Shown here: positions 48,382 to 58,683 of the stretch, piece by piece
How positions within the stretch are numbered: the stretch's first letter is position 1
How the letters are laid out: each line of letters starts with the position of its first letter
Assembly (NCBI GenBank): GCA_050013255.1
Contig: JBEKFP010000002.1
Span: 320,001-384,000 of the forward strand
Direction of reading: 5' to 3'
Length of the DNA stretch: 64,000 nt
Origin: Candidatus Bathyarchaeia archaeon
GTDB lineage: Archaea > Thermoproteota > Bathyarchaeia > 40CM-2-53-6
Notes under the pieces: model-generated
Told to the model about the DNA's origin: nothing
Database searches by the model: none
Seen by the model: the letters and a program-made list of their open reading frames with translations, nothing else
Position numbers and translations under genes: made by a program

Positions 48382-48693
48382 ACTGGGCACTCAAACTTCG
48401 CCTCCAGAGAATGGATTCAGCAAGAAATTAAGTGGAGCCTATGGATATAGCAGCGTTCGAATATTCATTGATTCTCGTTCTTCACTATATCTGCCGAAGG
48501 TCCAGTCAAAGTCCGAGTCAAACTTGATGCTGAGTTTCATGGAAAAAGTGTAATGATCCACGCGTACGCCTTGCAAAAGGGAAAGCGTAATCACTTCTGG
48601 TATGTGGGTCTTCGCACGTGAATCCAGCAAGACGATAGATTCGTTGCGCTTTTTACATCCGACGGGATACGTTGGGCAGGCGTTCCGCTGTCA

Positions 48694-51561
48694 ATGGTCC
48701 TTCAAGAACCTAACGTCTTCGATGAGCTTGCGAAACCCATACGCGAGGCTATCGGAGAACGTGGCTTCACCTCCCCCACAGATCCACAACTGAAGGCAAT
48801 CCCTCAGATCCTAGCCGGCAAGAATGTTCTCCTAATTTCGCCGACGGCCTCTGGCAAGACTGAAGCCGCGATACTGCCGGTCTTGAGCATGTACATCGCA
48901 GACCGTGGGGAGGATCGGGGGATCAAGATACTCTACATCACCCCACTCCGTGCGTTGAACCGAGACATGCTCGAACGTTTCGAATGGTGGGGGAAGAAAC
49001 TTGACCTAAGAATCGCGGTCCGGCATGGCGATACTGAAACGAAGGAAAGAACACTTCAAGCAAAGAACCCTCCCGACCTGTTGATTATTACACCCGAAAC
49101 GCTCCAAGCGATTTTGACGGGCCGCATTATGAAGCGGCACTTGCAAGCCGTAAAGTTCATCATAATTGATGAAGTCCATGAGTTAGCCGAAGACAAGCGT
49201 GGCAGCCAACTCGCCCTCGCCCTCGAGCGACTTCGGTGGACGGCCATGCATGATTTTCAAGTCATCGGGCTTTCGGCGACTATAGGGACGCCTGAGAAGG
49301 TGGCTCAATTTCTTGTCGGTGCTGGGAGAGAAGCTACAATAGTTCACGTCCCTGTGGGCAGGGAGGTACACATTGAGGTTGCGTGTCCTAAGCCGGGTGC
49401 CAGGGATGTGGCCTTGGCCGCGCGACTCTACACTCACCCGGATGTGGCGGCTCGCCTCAGGCTCATGCGAGAGCTGATCGAATCCCATCGGTCCGTCATA
49501 CTATTTACCAACACTAGGGCAATTGCGGAGATTCTTGCAAGCAGAATGAAAGTCTGGGACGTTGACTTCCCAATCTCGATCCACCATGGTTCACTTGCCA
49601 AACCATCTCGCATCAGTGCCGAGAGGGGATTGAAAGATGGCCAACTTCGAGCGCTAGTTGCCACTTCATCCTTGGAGCTTGGGATTGATGTGGGTAAAGT
49701 TGACTTTGTGATACAATACATGAGCCCGCGCCAGGTCACCCGGCTCATCCAGCGTGTTGGTAGGAGCGGCCATAGGATTGGTAGAATCGCGGATGGAATG
49801 ATCGTGGCATTAGACTCCGACGACACCTTGGAGGCGATGGTTATTGCCCGGCGTGCTCTCGACGAGGATCTTGAGCCAGTTTCAATCCCATACAAACCAT
49901 TGGATGTCCTAGCCCACCAATTAGTCGGCTTGCTGATACAGAAAGGGAGGTGGTATGTCAACGAAATTATGGATATTTTCACGAAGGCCTACCCATACGC
50001 GGAGCTGACCGAACAAGATCTGATTGGCGTAATCAATTACATGCACTCCCGCTTTCCAAGGCTGGCATGGTATTCGCCGCAGGACAACGTAATCCTTAGG
50101 CCTCGAAGAATTAAGGCGCTTTTCACGTACTACTTTGGCAAGCTATCCATGATACCTGACGAGAAACAGTACTTGATTATTGACGAAGGAAAGGATGAAG
50201 CTGTTGGAGTTCTCGACGAAGCATTCGTCGCCGAGTATGGAGAGCCGGGTCGGAAATTCATAATCCGCGGGTCGCCTTGGAAAATGATGAGCATCCGAGG
50301 AGACAAAATATACGTTAAACCTATTCGAGATCCAACGGGTTCAATCCCAAGTTGGGTGGGTGAAGAAATTCCAGTCCCATATGAAATTGGCCAAGAAGTC
50401 GGTGCGATACGAAGGCGTATAGAAGAAGGCCTCGAAGCGAGGAGAAGTGGGTCCGACCTTGTCCAGGAGCTCTGCAAGGATTATCCAGCCGATTCTGAAA
50501 CCATAGATCGTTCGCTAAGCGAAACGTTCGAACAAATCTCGCTCGGCCTCAAAGTTCCCACGGATAGACGCATCCTGTTGGAGGACTGGGAAGATTTCGT
50601 TATTATTAACGCCCATTTCGGATTGTTGGTCAACAGGACACTAGCGCGATTGGTCGGGCACGTTCTGTCGGAGGAAATCGGCATTACGATAGGAGTCCAA
50701 CAAGACGCATACAGAATTGTTGTACAAACCTCTGGGTCAGCTAATGCGGAAAAAGTTGCGCAAACCCTCCGCAGACTCGCAACCATGGATGTCCAAACCC
50801 TCGTCTCTGAAGCATCGAAGAAGACCGGCTTGTTCAAACGCCGGTTGGTCCACGTCGCGAAAAGGTTTGGGGCCATAACCAAATGGGCGGACTTTGGAAG
50901 CGTCAACCTCCGCCAAGTGATGAAAAGCTTTGAGGGAACTGTAATCATGGAGGAGGCATTCAAAGAAACTATGGAGAAGGATTTGGACGTGCAGAACACG
51001 CTTCAGGTCATCACAAAGTTCGGCAGTGAAATCGAGCTTGTAGTGGCCCCTCGCACACAGGAAGCAAGCCCGATCGCAAGAATTGGAATCGAGCGAATAA
51101 GCCGAAAAACGGATCTAATTCCGCCTGAGAAAATGAAACGAATACTCGTTGAATCCGCAAGGGTAAGAATACTGAATGAATCGAGGACTTTGGCATGTCC
51201 AACCTGCTTGGCCTACGCCCGAATTCAAATGGTCAAAGATATGCCAACCGACTTCTCTTGCCCGAATTGCAAAACCGGCAAAATTGGAATCACTAGTGAG
51301 CTTCCTGAACTCGTCGCGAAGATTGGGAGTAAGAATGGACGTAAATTATCGGAACGGGAGGAGAGAGTTCGCGACGACCTCAAGGCCACCGCAGGGCTGC
51401 TCCAGAAATATGGGAAAGTAGCGGCATACGTGCTCGCTGGAAGAAGAATTGGCCCTGGAGAAGCTAAGGTTGTCCTTAGGCGGACACATCGCGTCTCGGA
51501 CCGACTCTTCGAATCCATTATGGATGCTGAGCGACGGGTCCTACGCCGACGATTTTGGTGA
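48694..51561 (+). CDS. lhr: Lhr-family SF2 helicase
   Basis: PTASGKT, PLRALNRD, IITPE, DEVHE, HHGSL, SSLELGIDVG, QRVGRSGH; C-terminal CxxC..CxxC. Confidence 0.93.
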   Translation: MVLQEPNVFDELAKPIREAIGERGFTSPTDPQLKAIPQILAGKNVLLISPTASGKTEAAILPVLSMYIADRGEDRGIKILYITPLRALNRDMLERFEWWGKKLDLRIAVRHGDTETKERTLQAKNPPDLLIITPETLQAILTGRIMKRHLQAVKFIIIDEVHELAEDKRGSQLALALERLRWTAMHDFQVIGLSATIGTPEKVAQFLVGAGREATIVHVPVGREVHIEVACPKPGARDVALAARLYTHPDVAARLRLMRELIESHRSVILFTNTRAIAEILASRMKVWDVDFPISIHHGSLAKPSRISAERGLKDGQLRALVATSSLELGIDVGKVDFVIQYMSPRQVTRLIQRVGRSGHRIGRIADGMIVALDSDDTLEAMVIARRALDEDLEPVSIPYKPLDVLAHQLVGLLIQKGRWYVNEIMDIFTKAYPYAELTEQDLIGVINYMHSRFPRLAWYSPQDNVILRPRRIKALFTYYFGKLSMIPDEKQYLIIDEGKDEAVGVLDEAFVAEYGEPGRKFIIRGSPWKMMSIRGDKIYVKPIRDPTGSIPSWVGEEIPVPYEIGQEVGAIRRRIEEGLEARRSGSDLVQELCKDYPADSETIDRSLSETFEQISLGLKVPTDRRILLEDWEDFVIINAHFGLLVNRTLARLVGHVLSEEIGITIGVQQDAYRIVVQTSGSANAEKVAQTLRRLATMDVQTLVSEASKKTGLFKRRLVHVAKRFGAITKWADFGSVNLRQVMKSFEGTVIMEEAFKETMEKDLDVQNTLQVITKFGSEIELVVAPRTQEASPIARIGIERISRKTDLIPPEKMKRILVESARVRILNESRTLACPTCLAYARIQMVKDMPTDFSCPNCKTGKIGITSELPELVAKIGSKNGRKLSEREERVRDDLKATAGLLQKYGKVAAYVLAGRRIGPGEAKVVLRRTHRVSDRLFESIMDAERRVLRRRFW

Positions 51562-51617
51562 CTGAAAGTGGCGCGTTAGTGTACCTCCACAAGAACGATA
51601 AGCGGGAGGAGTCAAGA

Positions 51618-51690
51618 GCTTGTGGGCAATGACGAAAGCTGGTATTGGATTAACCTGTGATCGAAGAAACCAGACCGGAGCCCACAAAGC
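51618..51690 (+). ncRNA. K-turn-containing hairpin or degenerate box C/D-like RNA
   Basis: TTGTGGGC/GCCCACAA 8-bp stem closing C-like ATGACGA (51629-51635) and D-like CGGA (51676-51679); inner CTGGT/ACCAG pairing. Confidence 0.45.
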
Positions 51691-51799
51691 CAGTGACGTT
51701 CAGAACACTCCACGAATCAAGCGGTCTTGTCGAACCAGGGGATCCTGCGAATTATGACCCTCAGTACGAACATTCCCTACGAGAGACGCGTTTGGGAGC

Positions 51800-51810
51800 T
51801 TTTATATAAA
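51800..51810 (+). promoter_or_regulatory. Archaeal TATA box for the peptide ABC operon
   Basis: TTTTATATAAA about 50 nt upstream of the ATG at 51860. Confidence 0.55.
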
Positions 51811-51859
51811 CCAACGACTCCTGTCTCCCCCACGGAAATTTTGGAGGAAAATAGCGTAA

Positions 51860-53488
51860 ATGTCAGCTACATCGAAACGAAACAAAACATACATCGCAGC
51901 AGCAGTCCTAATAGTAATAATCCTAGCTGGAGTAGGCTACTACTACTATTCCTTACCAAGCGTTCCAACGACCAAAGACACCATCGTTATCGGCACGACC
52001 GACACTGTTCAAACTACACTTGACCCTGCAGACGCATACGACTACTTTGCACAAAGCGTAATCATGACCAACATAGCTAATGGGCTCGTTGAATACATCC
52101 CAGGAACGACTCAATATGTACCAGCTCTGGCGACAGATTGGAAAGTAAGCTCGGATGGTCTCACGTGGACATTCAACCTGCGGCAGGGCGTAAAATTCGC
52201 GGACGGAACACCATTTGACGCAAACGTCGTGAAGTATTCCATAGATAGAGAGTTTGCAATCGACGAATCATCAGGTCCATTCGCGGGAGTCGGCATCGAC
52301 ACAATGATCAGCAAAACTGTTGTGACAAGCCAATACCAAGTTCAATTCGTTCTAACCGCGCCGTTCTCAGCGTTCCTCGCAATCGTCGCCTTCCAGGCCA
52401 TGTGGCCAGTCAACCCGAATGTGGCCCCAATGCATTCTATAGTAAACTACACAGGAGATGTGAAAACAGAAATCAACACAAACATCGGAGCCTACGTTCT
52501 GACCAATTGGCAAAGAACAGGCGGCAAGGATGTTGAGCTTGATCTGCAGGCAAATCCAAACTATTGGAACGCATCAGGAGGCTATCCCAAAACAAAGAAT
52601 ATCATCTTCAAGATCTACTCTGATTCCACAGCGCTCAACCTAGCTATGCAGAGTGGGGAAATAGATATCGCCTATAGGCAGCTCGCTCCAAGTGACAACC
52701 AAGCGTATAAAACAAACACAAACTTCAAGTTCTGGGAAGGGCCCGGCGCATTCATACAATACCTTTGTTTTAACGAGAACTCAGCGCCATTTAACAACAC
52801 GGCGGTGAGGCAAGCAGTCGCGGCAGCTCTTGATAGGTCACTCATAACCAACACGGTCTTCCTAGGACAGGTAGACCCGTTGTATAGTATGATACCGGCT
52901 GGAATGGCTTATCACGAAGATTCGTTCAAGACTTACGGTGACGCGAACGTTGCCCAAGCCACATCGTTGCTACAAGGCGCAGGTTACAGTACATCAAACC
53001 CACTGAAATTCACACTGACATACCCCACAGGGCACTACTCATCGACGGACGGGATTTCTTCTGCAATTAAGCAAGCGCTTGAAAAGACCGGTATCGCACA
53101 GGTTACACTCAGCAGCCAACCATGGGCAAACTACAAAGCAAGCACGCAGTCGGATCAACTGCAGGCGTACATTTACGGATGGTACCCTGACTTTGTGGAT
53201 CCATACGACTACACACAACCATTTCTCCCAGCCGACGGCCGCGGTTTCCTGAACACACACTACGTCAACCCCAACATGGCAGCATTAATCAAGCAAGTGG
53301 GTTCGTCCACTGACACGAGCACGTTCGCCGCAACCTACGCGAGCATTCAACAGTTGACTGCAACAGACGCGCCGGTAGTGCCTCTCTTTCAAGGCAAAAC
53401 CACTGCTGTAAGCAATCTAAAGGTCAACGGAATAGTACTAGACGAAACGATCTGGTTCAGAGCCTACCTGTTGTGGGAAACAGCATAG
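51860..53488 (+). CDS. Peptide/nickel ABC transporter substrate-binding protein (family 5)
   Basis: N-terminal TM anchor, TLDPA, PALATDW..S.DG..WTFNLRQGVKFADGTPF. Confidence 0.94.
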   Translation: MSATSKRNKTYIAAAVLIVIILAGVGYYYYSLPSVPTTKDTIVIGTTDTVQTTLDPADAYDYFAQSVIMTNIANGLVEYIPGTTQYVPALATDWKVSSDGLTWTFNLRQGVKFADGTPFDANVVKYSIDREFAIDESSGPFAGVGIDTMISKTVVTSQYQVQFVLTAPFSAFLAIVAFQAMWPVNPNVAPMHSIVNYTGDVKTEINTNIGAYVLTNWQRTGGKDVELDLQANPNYWNASGGYPKTKNIIFKIYSDSTALNLAMQSGEIDIAYRQLAPSDNQAYKTNTNFKFWEGPGAFIQYLCFNENSAPFNNTAVRQAVAAALDRSLITNTVFLGQVDPLYSMIPAGMAYHEDSFKTYGDANVAQATSLLQGAGYSTSNPLKFTLTYPTGHYSSTDGISSAIKQALEKTGIAQVTLSSQPWANYKASTQSDQLQAYIYGWYPDFVDPYDYTQPFLPADGRGFLNTHYVNPNMAALIKQVGSSTDTSTFAATYASIQQLTATDAPVVPLFQGKTTAVSNLKVNGIVLDETIWFRAYLLWETA

Positions 53489-53536
53489 ACATCTTCTGGG
53501 TAAGTTTAAAGCCCAGCCTCCCATCCCTCCTTTTTT

Positions 53537-54568
53537 GTGGGCTTAAGAGATTACGTAATCACTAGGATACTTCTAACGATCCCCATGATTATGATTTTGC
53601 TTTCGATCGTGTTCATAATCATGAGAGTTTTGCCGGGCAACCCAGTGTTGCTTAGGTTTGAGAAGAACGCCGACCCGGCATTGATAGCGTCGTTTACGCA
53701 TCAGCTCGGCTTGGATAGACCACTGTACGTTCAGTATGTCGATTACCTGTGGGGTCTTTTGCATGGCAACTTTGGCACATCTATGGCGGGGGACTTCGAA
53801 CCGGTCGGCCCTCAGATACTCTCCAGATTCCCTGCTACCCTTGAACTGACGTTCTACGCATTCATTGTAGCAGTCGTGGTCGGGGTTTTTTTGGGGGCGT
53901 TCGGTGCTCGCAAGGGTGGTGTTCCTGACGAGGGCGTCAAGGTATTTGGCATTCTCATCTACGCTTTTCCCGTCTTCTTCCTCGGCATGATACTTCAGCT
54001 TGTGTTCGGGATTTGGATTCACCTCTTGCCAGTATCAGGAAGACTCGGCGCAGGAGTCATGCCCACGGGACTATCGATTGACGGAGTTCAATATCAAACT
54101 GGCATATACACGCTCGACAGCCTCTTATCCGGCAATGTCACCGAGTTCATCGACGCGGTCAGGCACTTGATTCTCCCTGCAACTGCTTTGGGCCTAGTGA
54201 TTTCAGGTGTGTTTGTGAGGATGACGAGAGCAAACATGATGGAGACGATGAGGTCAGATTTTGTTACAGCTGCCCGCGCGCGAGGATTAAATGAGAAAAC
54301 CGTCGTGTACTCTTACGCCCTGAGAAACGCAATGCTACCAATCGTAACCATCATGGGCTTGCAGTTTGCGATCCTTCTGAGCGGCGCTATTCTTACGGAG
54401 ACTGAGTTTAGCATACTCGGGCTGGGCACGTATCTTATTGATAGAGTCAATTTCAGGGACTACACAGCTGTCCAAGGTACTGTTGTTTTTCTTGCTCTGC
54501 TAATATCATCGGTCAGCCTCTTCGTTGACATCCTCTATGCCTACCTCGACCCGAGGGTCAGACTATGA
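53537..54568 (+). CDS. Peptide ABC transporter permease (OppB/DppB-like)
   Basis: GLDRPLYVQY, FVTAARARGL, DILYAYLDPR. Confidence 0.95.
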   Translation: MGLRDYVITRILLTIPMIMILLSIVFIIMRVLPGNPVLLRFEKNADPALIASFTHQLGLDRPLYVQYVDYLWGLLHGNFGTSMAGDFEPVGPQILSRFPATLELTFYAFIVAVVVGVFLGAFGARKGGVPDEGVKVFGILIYAFPVFFLGMILQLVFGIWIHLLPVSGRLGAGVMPTGLSIDGVQYQTGIYTLDSLLSGNVTEFIDAVRHLILPATALGLVISGVFVRMTRANMMETMRSDFVTAARARGLNEKTVVYSYALRNAMLPIVTIMGLQFAILLSGAILTETEFSILGLGTYLIDRVNFRDYTAVQGTVVFLALLISSVSLFVDILYAYLDPRVRL

Positions 54569-55446
54569 AGCGGAATAATTCCCGCCAACAACCAGTCTCT
54601 TTGATGGGGACCCTGCTCTCCCCACTCGTAGGAAAGGGGCACGGTAGGCCCCTAATGTTGGTTGGCATCGGAATAACTTTGTTCATAACCCTCATGAGTA
54701 TCACTGCCCCTTTCATCTCACCCCACGACCCAACGCTCATCGGTTTTGGGCCTCCTGACTCGCCCCCAACTGCTCAGTATCCCTTCGGAACAGACCAATA
54801 TGGCAGAGACCTACTAAGCCGGACGATTTGGGGCGGGCGATTCATACTGCTCGTCGCAGTCACAGCGGTCTTGATCTGCATGGCTGTGGGACTACCGATA
54901 GGGCTCGTATCGGCTTACAATGGCGGTAACTTGGACAGAACCGTAGCTCTCGTGATGGATAGCATCTATGCGTTTCCGAGTTTAGTGCTCGCCATAATGA
55001 TTATCAGCGTTTTCGGTGTTTCGATAATAAATGAGTCATTAGCAATCGCGGTCATTTATATCCCGACTTACTTCAGAGTAGTGAGAAGCCAGGTACTCGC
55101 GATAAAGGAAATGCCGTACGTTGACGCTGCAAAATCCGTTGGGGCAAGTGGTCCCGCAATTTTGCTAAAATATATCTTGCCAAATGTAATTTCATCCATT
55201 GTTGTAATAGCCACAGTCAACTTCGCTGACTCGATTCTAACGACAGCGGGGCTTGATTTCGTAGGTCTAGGCTTGTCCGTCACCCTCCCCGACTGGGGAA
55301 TAGACCTCACATATGGGAGGCAGTTGCTGCCCACTGGAGCGTGGTGGACGATATTCTTTTCTGGTTTAATGATTCTCCTAGCGGCACTTGGTTTCTCGTT
55401 AATCAGCGAGGGTTACGCGGAGAGGACGAATCCGAAGCTTCGGTGA
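54565..55446 (+). CDS. Peptide ABC transporter permease (OppC/DppC-like)
   Basis: FGTDQYGRD, YVDAAKSVGA, PDWG. Confidence 0.95.
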   Translation: MKRNNSRQQPVSLMGTLLSPLVGKGHGRPLMLVGIGITLFITLMSITAPFISPHDPTLIGFGPPDSPPTAQYPFGTDQYGRDLLSRTIWGGRFILLVAVTAVLICMAVGLPIGLVSAYNGGNLDRTVALVMDSIYAFPSLVLAIMIISVFGVSIINESLAIAVIYIPTYFRVVRSQVLAIKEMPYVDAAKSVGASGPAILLKYILPNVISSIVVIATVNFADSILTTAGLDFVGLGLSVTLPDWGIDLTYGRQLLPTGAWWTIFFSGLMILLAALGFSLISEGYAERTNPKLR

Positions 55447-55450
55447 AACC

Positions 55451-56437
55451 TTGGAAGCACTCGTAAGCATACAGGGCCTCTCAGTCGTGTACAGGACTGG
55501 TGATGTTACAGCAAAAGCGGTTCAAGATGTTACGCTTGATCTCAGGAAGGGCGAGACACTCGGACTAGTTGGCGAATCGGGATCTGGAAAATCAACACTG
55601 GGATTGGCTCTGATGGGTCTCATTCAGCCTCCAGGCTATATTACTTCGGGAGAAATAACGTTCGATGGGGTTGACCTCAGGAACATGGGTAGGGATGACC
55701 TGAGACGCCTTCGCGGTTCCAAAATTGCCATGATCTTCCAGGACCCTATGACTTCACTCAACCCTGTGAAGAAAATAGGTGACCACTTCATCGAATACAT
55801 ACGAGCGCACGATGCGGATGCCTCGGAACAGAAGGCTAGGTCGATAGCTGAAAAGGCCCTGGCCGATCTTGGAATTCCGGCCTCAAGGGTCGATGACTAC
55901 CCGCACCAGTTCAGTGGAGGCATGAGGCAAAGGGTAATGGTTGGCTTAGCGCTCGCGCTGGGCCCGTCCCTCATAATTGCGGACGAACCTACGACGGCCC
56001 TTGATGTTATCGTGGAGGCCCAAATCCTGAAACTTCTTAGGGACTTGAAGGCGAAGTACTCGCTTTCCCTTCTCCTAATCACGCACAATATGGGTATCGT
56101 TGCAGAGATGGCTGATAGGGTTGCCGTCATGTACGCCGGAAAGATTGCGGAAGTCGCGCCAACGACCAAGATTTTCGAAGACCCGAAACACCCATACACC
56201 AAAGCTCTTCTGGACTCAATCCCTAACATCCAAGTCGAAGATAAGGTTCTCAATACTATCCCGGGTTCGCCACCGAGTCTAACCGACCCGCCGCCTGGTT
56301 GCCCGTTTCATCCCCGATGCCCCTACGCATTCGAGAGGTGTCGAGCTGAAGTGCCCGAATCCGTAGTGACTGGGACCGATTCCGAAGCAGCGTGTTTTCT
56401 GCTGGAGGGTGTAGTAGCTCGCCATTCATCGAAGTAA
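55451..56437 (+). CDS. Peptide ABC transporter ATPase (OppD/DppD-like)
   Basis: GESGSGKS, FSGGMRQR, ADEPTTALD, PPGCPFHPRC. Confidence 0.96.
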   Translation: MEALVSIQGLSVVYRTGDVTAKAVQDVTLDLRKGETLGLVGESGSGKSTLGLALMGLIQPPGYITSGEITFDGVDLRNMGRDDLRRLRGSKIAMIFQDPMTSLNPVKKIGDHFIEYIRAHDADASEQKARSIAEKALADLGIPASRVDDYPHQFSGGMRQRVMVGLALALGPSLIIADEPTTALDVIVEAQILKLLRDLKAKYSLSLLLITHNMGIVAEMADRVAVMYAGKIAEVAPTTKIFEDPKHPYTKALLDSIPNIQVEDKVLNTIPGSPPSLTDPPPGCPFHPRCPYAFERCRAEVPESVVTGTDSEAACFLLEGVVARHSSK

Positions 56438-57405
56438 ATAACTTGAAGAAGTACTTCCCGGTTCAGAAGGGACTTGTCGCTCAACTATTGTCCCGCACAG
56501 AACAATCTGTCAAAGCAGTGGATAACGTTACATTCAATGTGGAGAAGGGTGATGTATTCGGCCTTGTCGGTGAATCAGGCAGCGGGAAGACCACAACAGG
56601 TAAGATCACGGCTGGGCTCCTCAGACCTACCAGCGGCCAAGTTCTGATTGATGGCGTTGACCTTTACGGCCTCGAAAGGAAGAAATTGCGGGCGTTCAGG
56701 CGGAAAATGCAGCTCGTCTTCCAAGACCCATTGTCATCGTTAAACCCGAAGATGACTGTCGGTAACACCATATCAGAACCGCTACGTTATTTGAGCGACG
56801 TACCAGCATCGAAGAGACGAGACAAAGTCCTCGAGCTCCTGGAGAGAGTGGGACTTTCACCCGCAGATTCCTTCTATTCAAGATACCCCCATCACTTGAG
56901 TGGAGGACAGCGACAGAGAGTAGTTATTGCGAGGGCAATTTCAATCGATCCTGAATACTTGATCGCAGACGAGCCCGTCGCTATGGTGGACGTTTCCGTC
57001 AGGGCCCAGATAATTGAGCTGCTCTTGAAAATGCAGCGGGAGCTGAACCTGACGATTCTTCTCATAACCCATGACCTGGCAGTTGCGAAATACATGTGCA
57101 ACAAGATTTCTGTGATGTACTTAGGGAAGATTATGGAAGCGGGGCCAACCAAGGACATATTTGCAAATCCATTACATCCCTATACACAAGCGCTCCTCCA
57201 AGCCGTCCCAATCCCCAACCCAAGGCAACGTTCGGAGAAGAAAATACCAGTAGGGGAGATTCCGAGTGCGTTGAACCCGCCAACTGGATGCGTGTTTCAC
57301 CCCCGTTGTCCATTCGTATTCGACAGGTGCTCTTCTGAAATACCCGAACTTCTTCAACGTGACACGGGACATTACGTCGCCTGCCACCTCTATACTGGGA
57401 AATAG
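56392..57405 (+). CDS. Peptide ABC transporter ATPase (OppF/DppF-like)
   Basis: GESGSGKT, LSGGQRQR, ADEP, GCVFHPRC, VACHL. Confidence 0.96.
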   Translation: MFSAGGCSSSPFIEVNNLKKYFPVQKGLVAQLLSRTEQSVKAVDNVTFNVEKGDVFGLVGESGSGKTTTGKITAGLLRPTSGQVLIDGVDLYGLERKKLRAFRRKMQLVFQDPLSSLNPKMTVGNTISEPLRYLSDVPASKRRDKVLELLERVGLSPADSFYSRYPHHLSGGQRQRVVIARAISIDPEYLIADEPVAMVDVSVRAQIIELLLKMQRELNLTILLITHDLAVAKYMCNKISVMYLGKIMEAGPTKDIFANPLHPYTQALLQAVPIPNPRQRSEKKIPVGEIPSALNPPTGCVFHPRCPFVFDRCSSEIPELLQRDTGHYVACHLYTGK

Positions 57406-57415
57406 ACCCGGCGGC

Positions 57416-57818
57416 TTATTTCGCGGGTGCGTATGACGATCGCTTACGCATTTCCCAATTCTTTGCTGATTCAAACCCGAGACGTTTGTAGAATTCCTCG
57501 GTTCCATCGAAATGGTATGACCGAAAAGTCGCTCTGGGGATAATGATCTAAGACAGCTTGGATTAGGCCTGTGCCGACGCCGTGGCTTTTGTGGGAAGGG
57601 GCTACTTCGAGGTAAACAATTATGAATTCTTTCATGTTTGATCGGCTAAGCACAGTTAATCCAATGATCGTGCCTTCTTCGATCGCAATCCAGAACTCAT
57701 GCCCCATGCCGAGAACATTAAATTCGATGCTCTCAGCAGTGGCGGAAAGGCCTTCAGAAATTTGTAGCCTTGAAAGATCTTCAAGGCTACCCCTTCGATA
57801 AACGATCGAGAGGGGCAT
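57416..57818 (-). pseudogene. GNAT acetyltransferase interrupted by a +1 frameshift
   Basis: Motif A V.PSHKSHGVGTGLI in frame 0; the FYKRLGF motif appears only in the +1 frame after CCA-TTT-CGA (57507-57515); stop at 57416-57418. Confidence 0.75.
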
Positions 57819-57931
57819 TCACACCACCAACTTAGTCATTGACTTAACCACAAGGTTTATGTTTGCTCATCCCGAACCGCTCGCCGAATGAAACTCAGAA
57901 TCCATTAAAACAGTCAGAGATATGATAATTC

Positions 57932-58666
57932 TTGGGTAGGCAGATTCGCGTCCAACGGAGAGGAAGGGGAGGGTCGGTCTTCGTTTCCCGCTCCTTCAGA
58001 CGAATCGCACCCGCACGGTTCCCAGCTACCGCACCAGCCTACCCTTCACTGAAAGGCGTTGTCAGAGAGATTATGCATGAAACTGCTAGGGGCACTCCAC
58101 TGGCCTTGGTTGAGTTCGTCAATGGCACTGCCTGCTGCTTGACCGCGCCAGAAGGTCTCGCATTAAATCAAGGGATAACCATCGGGCCCGACGCCTCGCC
58201 GGACGTTGGAAACGTTTTACCCCTGGGCCGAATACCCGAAGGAACACTCGTATCAAGCGTGGAGCTGCGCCCTGGGGATGGCGGTCGCTTAGCCAAATCT
58301 TCAGGAACCTACTGCATGATTGTGGCGCACACTCCGCAGGGAACCGAGGTTCGCATGCCCTCAGGAAAATCAGTTTACATGAACGACAAATGCATGGCTA
58401 TGGTCGGCGTCGTTGCCGGAGCGGGAAGAACTGAGAAACCATTCCTTAAGGCTGGAAACGCTAAGAAGTTAATGAGAGCACGAGGACGAGTCTGGCCAAC
58501 TACTAAGGGACAGGCCATGATTTCAGCATCACATCCTCACGGCGGCGGGCGGCACAAACACGCAGGAAAACCAACAACCGTTGGTCGCAACACGCCGCCC
58601 GGAAGAAAGGTTGGAATGATCGCCGCCCGACAGACTGGCCGAGCGAAACGAGCAATTAGAACTTGA
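57932..58666 (+). CDS. rpl2: 50S ribosomal protein L2
   Basis: QRRGRG, GDGGRLAKSSG, GRTEKPFLKAG, HPHGGG, PPGRKVG. Confidence 0.97.
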   Translation: MGRQIRVQRRGRGGSVFVSRSFRRIAPARFPATAPAYPSLKGVVREIMHETARGTPLALVEFVNGTACCLTAPEGLALNQGITIGPDASPDVGNVLPLGRIPEGTLVSSVELRPGDGGRLAKSSGTYCMIVAHTPQGTEVRMPSGKSVYMNDKCMAMVGVVAGAGRTEKPFLKAGNAKKLMRARGRVWPTTKGQAMISASHPHGGGRHKHAGKPTTVGRNTPPGRKVGMIAARQTGRAKRAIRT

Positions 58667-58683
58667 ATTCACGGGCGAAATAG

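Noticed and set aside
48439-48630. 63 aa minus-strand ORF between gcvPB and lhr
   Set aside because: Short, no recognisable motif; cannot be distinguished from chance.
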